Positions 51,228-63,200 of a stretch of 64,000 nucleotides of DNA are shown here, piece by piece. Position numbers and translations under genes: made by a program. The notes beneath the pieces are model-generated. The model searched no databases. It was not told where the DNA came from and saw nothing but the letters and a program-made list of their open reading frames with translations. The stretch's first letter is position 1, and every line of letters starts with the position of its first letter. Origin of the DNA: Asterias rubens (taxonomy: Eukaryota); the NCBI RefSeq assembly GCF_902459465.1, contig NC_047072.1:8742001-8806000 (forward strand), written 5' to 3'.

Positions 51228-54200
51228 AGTTGTTGTTCTCGTAATTGTAGTTGTGCGCTTGTCTAGTCGTTATTGATGTTGTTGCTGTATATGTAACGAG
51301 TCACTTGAACAATGATTCTATATCTAAAATAATCTCTTTCCTCTCTCCTTCATAGACATTTTTCTGAAAATAGACTGTCTTCGATTCCAGCATCCCTCCT
51401 GAGGCCACTGTGGAATCTCAACTGGATGTAAGAAAATTTTGGAATTGGAATAGATTTTTATCTTAACTTCCCCTCCGTTCTCATCTAATTATCTTTGATA
51501 TTGACACTTGATATTTGGACCAATTGAAATTATTATTGGATTGCGATATACTGATTTCCGTGCATTGTTAATGCAATTTCTGTCACACTTTTTTTCTCCT
51601 TTTTTTCTAGATCTTTCCAAAGAAACGATATCAGCAATATAGAAAAAGGCGCCTTCTCTACAAATGAGATGCTAACTACTTTGTAAGTAAAGGTTCCCCC
51701 GGACAACTCCAACAAAAACTCATTGAATTCAACGCACTCTGCTCGTTAAATTGAATTGGAACGCTTTGTTGTATTAATGATTCAAGTACCATCAGAATAA
51801 TTGAACGTCAACAGTTTAGCATTAACATTATTTAAATTAATTAGTTCGAAATTGACCCCGAATCGCTATATTATTCTCACAGTTTAAATTAAAGTCACCT
51901 GGAAATATAATTATTTTTTCCTTTCTTTCAAACATAAGAGTATATGCTTACGTACAATAAAACATTTTTTTAGTAATTGTTTGTCACGATTTATATGTTT
52001 AAACAAATATATAAAGTTGTTTGGGGGGCTGACTCCGCCTACCCGTTTTGTGACGTCAATCGAGTCAGACTTTGCCTGCAATGCGTATAGTAAACACACG
52101 TGCAAAGTACATGTACGTCCAAGTCGTGAGTTGGTACATTTCAAAAAGTGTTTTTCTGCATTCAGCAGCAATACACCTGGTCGGCATTGCCGGATTTTTT
52201 TTTTGTTTTTGAAACTTACAAACTCACGACTTGGTTCGTACCTGTACTTTGCAATTGTGTTTACTCTACGCATTACAGGCAAAGTCTGCCTCGATTGACG
52301 TCACGAACAGCGCCCTCTCGGGTCGGGGTGTACTCTTAAATTTGTAAATAACATAAGAACTGATTTTTTAAAACCTTAGTTAGCTGTTTATACCACTTCC
52401 AGGTGACTTTAAATGTTATCGTGCGATAGAATTCAGTTGGTGCGTTCGTTTAGCTTCCCTGGGTCGACCCCGGTGTGTGGCGTTTTTTTTTTTACAAGAC
52501 GAACGTGTGCAGATAATTACCCACGAAAAAACAACCGCCACACACCGGGGTTGACCCAGGGAAGCTAAACGAACGCACCCAGTATATCAATTGTTTGTGA
52601 TTTGTTATCAGTTTGGGCAACATTTTGGGCCTTAAAAGAATCTACCATCGTTCGTTTCATATAGAAAAAAAAATGTATATATAATTTGTTGCCAACATTT
52701 GTATTTATACTTCATTTTTCATTTGCAGAATGTTGGCCGATAACAAGCTGACTGCTGTCACACGAGGTGTGTTTCACAACTTGACCAACCTGGTGTTGCT
52801 GTAAGTACTGATTCAATACCAAATCATCAACATGTACAGTATAAACAAAACAGTGTTGTTGGCTTAAAGGCAGTGGACACTATCGGTAATTGTCAAAGAC
52901 TAGCCTTCGCAGTTGGTGTATCTCAACATATGCATAAAATAACAAACCTGTGAAAATTTGAGCTCAATCGGTCATCGAACTTGCGAGATAATAATGAAAG
53001 AAAAAACACCCTTGTCACACGAAGTTCTGTGCGTTTAGATGGTTGATTTCGAGACCTCAAGTTCTAAACTTGAGGTCTCGAAATCAAATTCGTGGAAAAT
53101 GACTTCTTTCTCGAAAACTATGGCACTTCTGAGGGAGCCGTTTCTCACAATGTTTTGTACCATCAATATCTCCCCACTACTAGTCACCAAGAAAGGTTTT
53201 ATGCTAATAATTATTTTGAGTAATTACCAATAGTGTCCACTGCCTTTAAATGTATTCACCAAGAAGGCCACTTCAAGTTGTGGGCTACAATTTATTTTGT
53301 TTCCAGGGGCTGTTGCCACCCACTCCTGGGAGCTGGAACAGGGTTACCCCCTTTACAGTCCATACGAATGTAGGCTTTGGTATCATCAATCAGATACCTG
53401 GCTGGTAGAGCAGAAAGCACTACCCCACCAACTTATCACATAATCTACATAATACATGTATATAAATTCAAACATGTAAGCTAGTCATCGCTCTGACTTA
53501 CATATTCGTGAGCAGTTGAACGTGGAAGCAATACCCAGCGCTTATTAATGTTGGTTTCTACCCTTAAAGCGATGTGTGTTAGCAGTGTTAACTCAACTGC
53601 TTAAAAACCCGCTGGTAAAATATAGGATTCGAACTGCCCCTATGCTACCGGGCAGTCTCGGTAGTCTCGGTGGTAAGACATCTGCTCTAGAATTGCAATG
53701 GTCTTGGGTTCAAATCTCACCCGAGTAATATGCTTGTGGATTTTTTTTTCCACATAACTCAGGGAAAGTGCTAGCTGAGTATACAGTGCTAACACACATC
53801 GGTGTAACTGAGTGAAAACCTAAATTACCATGCTTTATACTTAATACTTTATACCTGCTTGAGCATAATACAAATAAACTTTTAAAAAACAGGAAAAAAC
53901 AGGGGGAAAAATTAAGGTCTTACTGTTCAAACTCAAAAGATTCAACATATTTCTCTCACCATTTTTACTTAATAGTAAACAGATTATTTCCTACGGCTAA
54001 ACTCAACCTTCTCTGCTACACGTACAAGTCATCATTTTATATTATTTATATATTTTTTTTTGTGAGAGTCCTTGAATCAAGATGATTTGGCGTGGGTTTA
54101 GAAGCTGATAATACGCTAAATCTCATTAAAAGATATCGGGGACTCAGTAGTATAGCCACGTTCTGAGATTAACAGAGTAAGTGGTAGCCAACGGGTGTTT

Positions 54201-57200
54201 TTCTCTTGAATTGTATTCCTTTTTTCTTTAAAGGGAAGGTACACGTTTGGTAATTACTCAAAACAAATATTAACTTAAAAACTGACTTGGTAATGAGCAT
54301 TGGAGAGCTGTTGATAGTATAAAACATTGTGGGAAACGACTCCCTCTGAAGTAATATAGTTTTTGAGAAAGAGGTAATTTCTTACTCAAATAATAAAAGA
54401 CTTCTAGCTAGAAGTCTTTTATTCCTATCTGAAAGCACACAAATTCGTCCAACAAGGGTGTTTTTTTCTTTCATCATTTTCTCGCAACTTCGATGACCGA
54501 TTGAGCCCCAATTTTCGCAGGCTTGTAATGTTATGGTTATGATTGGATACACCAAGTGAGAACACTGATATTTGACAATTACCAAACGTGTACTTTCTTT
54601 TTAAGCCACTGGACACTATTGGTTATAATTGAAAAAATAAAAACTGACACTTGGTAACGAGCAATGGAGAGCTGTTGATAGTATAAAACATTGTGAGAAA
54701 CGGCTCCTTCTGAAGTGACGTAGTTCTTGAGAAAGAAGTTAATTTCTCACTAAATATTTCAATTGAATTCGAGACCCCAGCTGAGGTCTCGAATTCAAGG
54801 CATCTGAAAGCACACAACTCGTGCGATAAGGGTATTTTTTTTCTTCCATTCTCTCGCAACTTGACCAATTGAGCTCGATTTTTCGCAGGTTTGTCATTTT
54901 ATGCATGTGTTGAGATACACCAAGTGAGAAGACTTGTCCCTGACAATTACCAAATGTGTCCGGTCTCTTTAATAACCCCCTTGAAACAATAAAACAGGGA
55001 TAACAAAATGCTGTGGATTGGCGACCATTTTGAGGTCATCCTTCACCTTATAAGCAACTTTCAAAACAATTTTATTTTTTGGCAGGGTAAAGCAAATGCA
55101 AAATGAAAAAGAAGAAAAAAAAATCGTCAAAGCGAAATGCCTCACAGACCCCGCCGACAAATGGCATACATGTATTTAAAAAGTTAGTTAACTATTAATC
55201 TTCGTATATGTAGGTATGAAAGAAAAGAAAACAAAATACAGAACAAGTATTCAAAAACCACACAACAACATTTTTACATGTAGTATCGAAAAGGGATCAG
55301 ATCAAGATGGCGTTATGTGGTTCAACTGTATGGATTATCACAATAAAAAAAAAATTATAGCAGAAAAGACAAACAAATAAGCTAAACACACTATAATCTT
55401 AAAGCTAAATAGTTACGAAGCTGCTATCTACAGCTCCTTCGGATCAACAGTTCCGTCTGAAAAGCTGTCGAAGTTGGGAAAATGGCACTTGAGAGTACTT
55501 GATCTCCGCAACTGAAATAAGCCTGATACTAACCTACACAAAATCTCTGACAAAGGTAACATTATATCTTTCTTCGTGGGGCTATTGTTCATTATGAAAA
55601 GTGAGGTAATTTTATTGACAAGTCAATAGGGAGTTTATAATAATCTTCACAACAAACACTTATGGACTTTCCCCTTAAAGCAACCCGGATGACTCGGAAT
55701 TAAAGTAAAGTTGTCAATATTGTTCCTTTTAGCTGGGAAAAATTATTCTATGGTTTTGGTTAATTTTATCAAGCCCTCGGGCATTGACGTCATGACGCTG
55801 TGGAAAAAAACTATTATTAAATAAACTACAAGTATTAAATAAGTTGGATTTGAAACTAGTTTAAGTTTGTGTGTTGATTCCTAAATGAACCGTTGGTTGC
55901 CAACCCAGCGGTTCCTCCTGAAGACGATCATAGTATACTGAACGAAACGTTGAATTGTCAACCACCGGCTCTATCCAGAACCAATACTACTTAAAGGAAC
56001 ACGTTGCTTTGGATCGGTCGAGTTGGTCTTTGAAAAGCGTTTGTAACCGTTTGCTATTAAATGCATATGATTAGAAAGATGATTTAAAAGTGGAATACAA
56101 TGATCCACACCAATTTGCCTCGAAATTGCGTGGTTTTCCTTTTACTTTGCGAACTAACACGGTCGGCCAGTGATGGGAGTCAAAAATTTGACTCCCATAA
56201 ATGGCCGACCGTGTTTGTCGAAGAGGTAAAAGGAAAACCACGCAATTTCGAGCGATACTTGTGTGGATCACTATATTCTACTTTCAAAATATCTTTCTAA
56301 TCATATGCATTTCATAACAAACGGTTACAAACGCTTTTCAAAGACCAACTCGACCGATCCAAGGCAACGTGTTCCTTTAACAGAGATGTATACATGGCGA
56401 TACCGCAAACTGCACATAATTATAAATAACTAAAGAGAACACGAAATTTAAATTGTGCGTTCAAAATTAAAAGATACTGTGTAATAGACCTTTACATGGT
56501 GTAGCTAACTTGAGTTTCCCCCTATTGATAGCAATGTTACCAAACCGAGGCTGGAAGAACAACATTGTCTGGTTCCATTTTTCTAAATGATTATAAGCAT
56601 TCATTATTATTATCCGATACGAGGAACATGACCAAGATGGCGGAAGCATGAGAAGAGTCTATAGAGTTTGATTCAAAAACTATTTGTCTAACTTACAGGA
56701 CCTTACGGAACAACAGTATACGACGTTTTGAAGAAGGAGCATTCGACGGAATGACAAAGCTTCAAACACTGTAAGTTGCATTCAACAAATCAAAAGTTTA
56801 CACGTTACTATACCTTTAAAGGCAGTGGACACTATTGGTAATTACTCAAAACAATTATCATCGTAAAACCTTTCTTGAATGCGAGTTATGGGGAGAGGTT
56901 GATAGTATAAAACATTGTGAGAAACAAGTTGAAGTGATGTAGTTTTCGAGAAAGAAGTAATTTTCCACGAATACGATTTCGAGACCTCAAGTTTAGAGTT
57001 TGAGGTCTCGAAATCAAGCATCAGAAAGCACACAACTTCGTGTGACAAGGGTGTTTTTTCTTTCATTATTATCTCGCAACTTCTACGACCGATTGAGCTC
57101 AAATTTTCACAGGTTTGTTATTTTATGCATATGTTGAGATACACCAACTGTGAAGGCTGGTCTTTGACAATTACCAATAGTGTCCAGTGTCAAAGAGTAC

Positions 57201-60200
57201 CCGTCTGTAAGGAACACGTATTCCGTGGAGGAGATGCAGATGTTTTAAATGCATTTTGTTTTACCAGTAATAATCAATTGTCTCTATGTATCTCATCAGA
57301 GATCATGCATGCCTGTCTCGTTCGTATTTGTTTATTTTGGGACCATTTTGGTCAAACGTACAGCTTTTATTAAGGGTCTGTAAACGTTTAGAAAATGATT
57401 TTGAAAATTAAACGCATTTAACAAATTACGTGGTAAGATAGCCCAGCATCAATTAGGCGTAATTATTTCACTTCTATAAAGTACACGGTTTTGGGGGGAA
57501 ATGTCACTTTTTATCCTAATATTTCATATAATATTAGAAGCATTACCGCGGTAGTGCTTCTCAGATTGTGTTTTCCTATTTATTCTTCCTGCGTTGACAA
57601 ATTCGCCCCCATATCTCAGAAGACCACATGTTAATTGAATAATGTAAACAATTACATTTTTATAAGAGTACAACAATCAAACGGTTCAAAACCCAAAGGT
57701 ATACGCGTGAAGAAAACACACTTGCCCCCATAACGAGTCCCGATGTTGAGTCACTTGTACAAACAAAATATACAACTCCATAAAGGCAATACGGCAGATT
57801 AACAAAATAGTTTGTATGACTTCTACTTGACGATCCCGAACAAACTTAATGACAAAATAGATTTATAAAATTGATTTGTTATTACCTCGTTGTCAGCTCC
57901 CTCGTGGTGCGTTGCTTGAGATTAACAATACAATAATCAAATATCAAGGGGTTGACGCAACATTACTTCAGGCTTTTCCCTAAACGGAATAATTATAAGG
58001 GAACTGACAGAATATGAACTAAATAACAGAAATTGGCTTATATTATAAGCAAGATTAATAACAAAACAACAGTGTTTTCTAGGAACAAAATTGATAGTAT
58101 TTACCTTTGCCAAGCGGGGCTTAATACAATTGATTAAGTTTAAAGGTAGGTCATGTGTGAACATAACGCCGATTTATATTCACAAATATTAAACGAAAAT
58201 TGACAGTGAAAGTTTTAGCTGAATACAGTTTCTCCTAGCTAACAAACTAGCTGAACGACAACACAATATTTCACCAGTCTTGTATAATAGTGAGGTGACA
58301 GGACTCAGGTACAAACCGCATCTCTTGCCGCAACATTTGCAAAAGGACACCATACCTCAGACTTAGTAAGAATCAATAGTTCTCAGATTCAAATAGTTTG
58401 GGTTAAAAACTTATCATTGAAAAACAATTTGTGCTCCTTCAACAGAAAGTGCCTCTAGCTAAAGCAGAGCACCTCGCCTTTCAACTCTGGGACCCCGATT
58501 CGAATCCCACCGGGGGCACTATGTGGATTTTTTTATTATTTTTTAAAGCAAGTCGCCCAAAACAAGACTAAAAGCCACTCTAGGTTAAGGGCTAAGAGGA
58601 AGAAAACGTAGATATGCAGAAACTCAGTGGAGCTGAAGGTAGGAATTGACATTCCTCTTAAAAGATGGAAGATCATAGGATGAAGGGAAACATGCACCAG
58701 ATGAGAGATGCAATACGAGGGAAAAAAGCTACTGGAGTAGCTCTTTGATTTGGGTTTTCAGTTCCTTGACTGACATGCGTGGGGTTTTCCCTGAAATAAT
58801 TTTCAGGGGTTTTCCTCCCATTATCTTCAACTGAAAGTTTATTCATTGTCTTCTTTCTTCTCGTTTGGCTCTAACAAGAGCGTTGAGAATACAATATATC
58901 AAGATTCAGAAGTAAGTTTTTTGTGGATGTTTTCTTTTTTTTAGTATCTGCTAGTCAAACAACTGTAGAAGTACACTTAACAGTTACTGTAGAAATGCAC
59001 TTTACAGTAAACTGTAGAGGTACACTTTAAATCTGATAATCTATTCAAGAGATTGCCCTCAAACTAAGATTATGATTCCGTTTTGTTCTTCTGTTGCTAT
59101 CTCTACCTGCAGCAAACTGACTACGAATCCGTTCACATCGCTTCCACTTCGCATATTTGACAGGTTGACGAGATTACAGAAAATGTGAGTCTTTATAAAA
59201 CAAAAAGAACATGCATGTCCAACCTGCTGGGATTGAACTGTCACAGTGAATGAAGTCATTGTAATTATTGCGATACAAGACACCAACAATGTTGATATAG
59301 GGGCCTGCAACTCCAACGAGAATTTTATTCCGACAACTTTATTTGAAGGAACACTAATTTATAAATAATTGTAACATTCGTTCCAAGGTTGTTGGTATTT
59401 TTTCATTTATAGAAAATTGGGACAAAGTGACCTTGTTGAAATGCCATCGCGAAATTATTTGTTTTTCTCGTATTGGTACAGAAAAAATCAGGGTAGCTAT
59501 ATAGTTTTGGGCGGAGTTGAGGGGAAGGTCAGGGAAATTTGCAAACAGTTTGTGTTTTTTTTTTACCCCAAACCCATGTCTACAACCCCTCGTGCCAAAC
59601 TATCAGTGCTCTGATTTTAATGTGACTTTATTTTGTTTTCTCCAATCAGCTACTTCGATCATTTCTCGCTGTGTGGATACGCCCCTCACGTCCGGCTCTG
59701 TATGCCGAAGAGTGACGGCATCTCAACAGCCGAGAATCTCCTGGCCAATCACCTTCTCCGCTTCGGGGTCTGGTTTGTGGCTCTCCTTGCCTCCGTGGGC
59801 AACGCCTTCGTCCTCTTCGCCCGCTGCTTCGTCAAAGAGGACAAGAAGACGCACTCATTCTTCATCATGAACCTGGCTGTGGCTGACCTCTTGATGGGGC
59901 TATATCTCCTCATTATCGGCACCCATGACGTCATCTTCAGAGGGACGTACATCCTTCACGACCTTGCCTGGAGGACCAGTGTGATCTGCAAACTTGGCGG
60001 GTTCCTTAGTCTCCTCTCAAGCGAGGTGTCAATCATGACGCTAGCGGTCATCACAATGGATCGATTCCTGAGTATCGTCCACCCTTTTCGGTTTAAGAAT
60101 CGAAGTCTGCTTCATGCGCGTCTCCTTATGGCGTTCTTATGGCTGCTTGGTATCGCTCTGGGAACGCTACCTCTTGTGCACTTGACATACTTCGGGGACT

Positions 60201-63200
60201 TATACTATGGAGGCAATGGTGTCTGCTTACCCTTACAGATCGACCAGCCGTTCTCGAACGGTTGGGAGTTCTCACTCGTCATCTTCGTTGTGTTCAACCT
60301 CGTAGCCTTCATGTTCATCTCATACGCGTACCTCATGATGTTCGTGACCATTCGAAAGTCCAATCTGGCCATGAGATCGACCAAGAAGAACCAAGACTGG
60401 GCCCTGGTGAAGAGGTTTACTCTCATTGTGGCAACAGACTTGCTGTGCTGGATGCCGATCATAGTCGTCAAATTCATTGCCCTCGGTGGTAAGTATGCAT
60501 GTTGAAAGTATTCACGTTTGACCGATGAAGCCTGTTTTGTCTTGTTGAAACCAAACAAAGTGGAATAGCCCCGAAAGAGGGCGCTGTGTATTATTCTGGT
60601 CCCGAATTGTGTACTCACGTCACTCGAGGTGACTGTGCCACGCCCACAGTTTTGGGAGTCACCATCATGTAAGCGTAGAAGCATCAGAAAGCATTTTCGG
60701 ACAGTCACTCATTCCATGTGGGCACACAAGGTACCAGACTAGACTGTATTGTATAATTATATTTTTATCGTTGGCAGGGGTCTGGTTTTACACATCTTTT
60801 GATGACAGGTTTTATACTTTTGTTTTAACCTTGACAGTCCCTGCCCAACTTGTAATTATTGTGTATGTCTAAAGATTAAAAAAAAATGTAGGCCTACCAA
60901 AATAAAGCCTTAAAGGCACTATTGGTAATTGCCAAAGACTAGCCTTCACAGTTGGTGTATCTCAACATATGCATAAAATAACTAACCTGTGACAATTTGA
61001 GCTCAATCGGTCATCGAAGTTGCGAGATAATAATGAAAGAAAAAAAAAAACTTGTCACACGAAGTTGTGTGCGTTTAGATGGTTGATTTCGGGACCTCAA
61101 GTTCTAAATCTGAGGTCTCGAAATCAAATTCGTGGAAAATTACTTCTTTCTCGAAAACTATGGCACTTCAGAGGGAGCCTTTTCTCACAGTGTTTCATAC
61201 CATCAACCTCTCCCCGTCAACAAGAAAGGTTTTATGCTAATAATTAATTTGAGTAATTACCAATAGTTTCCACTGCCTTTAAGTTTAAATACCCATCGGC
61301 AATAACAATCACCATTCTACTATTATCTTCCTTTGTAGGTGTGCTTGTATCACAGAGTGTATACGCGTGGTTCGCCATCTTTGTACTCCCAATCAACTCC
61401 GCCCTAAACCCCATTCTCTATACCATGACGACGGTCCTCTTCAAACAGAAAGTCCTGGCACCTCTGGGTATTGTCAGAACGCAACGGAAGAAGGGATACA
61501 TCACCGGCACGTCCGTCGATGAAACATCTTCCGGTGTGTCTAAGACCTCGGGGACGAGGTTGTCGATCATCTCGACCAAATCTCGTGGTGGGTCCTGGAA
61601 CGGGAGGCTGAGCTCACACAAGGTTGGTATAAGTTTTATTTGGGTTTGATTATAAACCCTGTTCATACTCTAATAGACTGTGCAAGTCTCGCGCTTTTGT
61701 GCCGAATAAAGGCACTGTACACATTGGTAATTGGCATTGTCAAAGACCAGTATCCTCACTTGATAGTTTCCAACATACAAATAATAACAAATCTGTGATT
61801 TTTTTTATCTTATTGGTCATCGAAGTTGCAAGAGAATAATGAAAGAAAAAAAGCACCCTTTTGCACAATGTGTGCTTTTAGATGCCTTATGAGAGGCCTC
61901 GGGCCTGAAGTATATGTTATTGGGTGCGTTGGATTAGCTTCCCCGGTTTGACCCCGGTGTGTGGCGTTTTCTTTTTCCAGGACGAACGTGTGCAGATAAT
62001 TACCCACGTTCGTCCTGGGGAAAAAAAAGCCACACACCGGGGTCGACCCAGGGAAGCTAAACGAACGCACCCAATGTTGAGAATTTACCTCTTTCTCAGC
62101 TCTCCCTCGCTTGTTTAACCTCAACGATTGGAGACTTTGAAGTACTAGGTGGCAGCAGATACTTAACCAGGTATATTATTTCCATTAATTTTGTACCTGA
62201 GTTTGTGCAAAATTTCCAAAATTAATGTGTTCACCTGGTAAGTCTGCTGCCATCTAGCGTCCAGAAAGTCTGATGAGTGAATAAGTACTGCATGACGTTG
62301 TTGGATAGTGCACTGCGAATTCACATAAAGTGGCGTGTATACTATTTATGTGCATGCTGTTTGTGGAACGGTGTCATGACGGTGTCTGTATGGTGTTTGC
62401 TTGACTGTGCTTGTTTTGTGTAGTGATGAAAATGTAATTAGTTTAAGTTAAAAACGTGTGGTTTGGGGTTGGAGAGGGGATCTTTGAGTTCCCTTCTGAT
62501 GAATTTTTGTTGTATTAGTGTGTTGCTAATTTGTGACAAGGTGGTCCTTTTTTCCGTTATTTTATTTAGGGTAGTACTCTTCGTTGTATTACTTTCGTTC
62601 TTTCTTTGGTGAATATTAATTAGTGTGTTTTTTCCCTTCCTCAATGTATAGGGAGACTCTTTCGTTATTTTGATGACACTCGTATAACTATACTATTAAG
62701 CTTTCTTAGTTAATCTTTAAAAATAATACTTATCACAGTAATTATATATTTGTCCGACTTTAATGTGTACAGCATTTATCTCTGTGCTCGTCTTATACCT
62801 TTATATGAATGACTGCATGGTGAAGTACGGGGGCAGAGTTTCTCAATCAGGGCTGGATATCACAAAGTGACAAGATTCGTCTTAAAGGAACACGTTGCCT
62901 TGGATCGGACGAGTTGGTTTATATAAAGCGTTTAACCTTTGTTATAAAATGCATATGGTTAGAAAGATGTTGTAAAAGTAGAATACAATGATCCACACAA
63001 ATATGCCTCGAAACTGCGTGGTTTTCCTTTTACCTCGTCGACAAACACGGTCGGCCATTTAAGGGAGTCAAATTTTTGACTCCCATAAAATGGCCGACCG
63101 TGTTCGCAAAGTAAAACGAAAACCACGAATTCGAGGCAAATTTGTTTAGATCATTGTACTCTACTTTTACAACATCTTTCTAACCAGATGCATTATTATA

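Noticed and set aside
23850-58510. tRNA genes at B-box motifs (23895, 48914, 53707, 58497)
   Set aside because: No complete cloverleaf or acceptor stem; each continues into a repeated body, so they are SINE heads.
59749-60708. Antisense and alternate-frame ORFs over the 7TM exon (up to 167 aa)
   Set aside because: Shadow ORFs of a GC-rich coding exon.
5273-61247. Recurrent ORFs such as MVDFETSSSKSEVSKSNSWKIT and ISRPQILNLRSRNQIRGK
   Set aside because: They are translations of family A MITE interiors, frame-disrupted between copies, with no transposase motifs.
37383-61622. GRL101-type or glycoprotein-hormone receptor identity
   Set aside because: I found only one LDLa exon (GRL101 has many), and FSH/TSH/LH-type receptors have none; hinge and TM motifs match RXFP.
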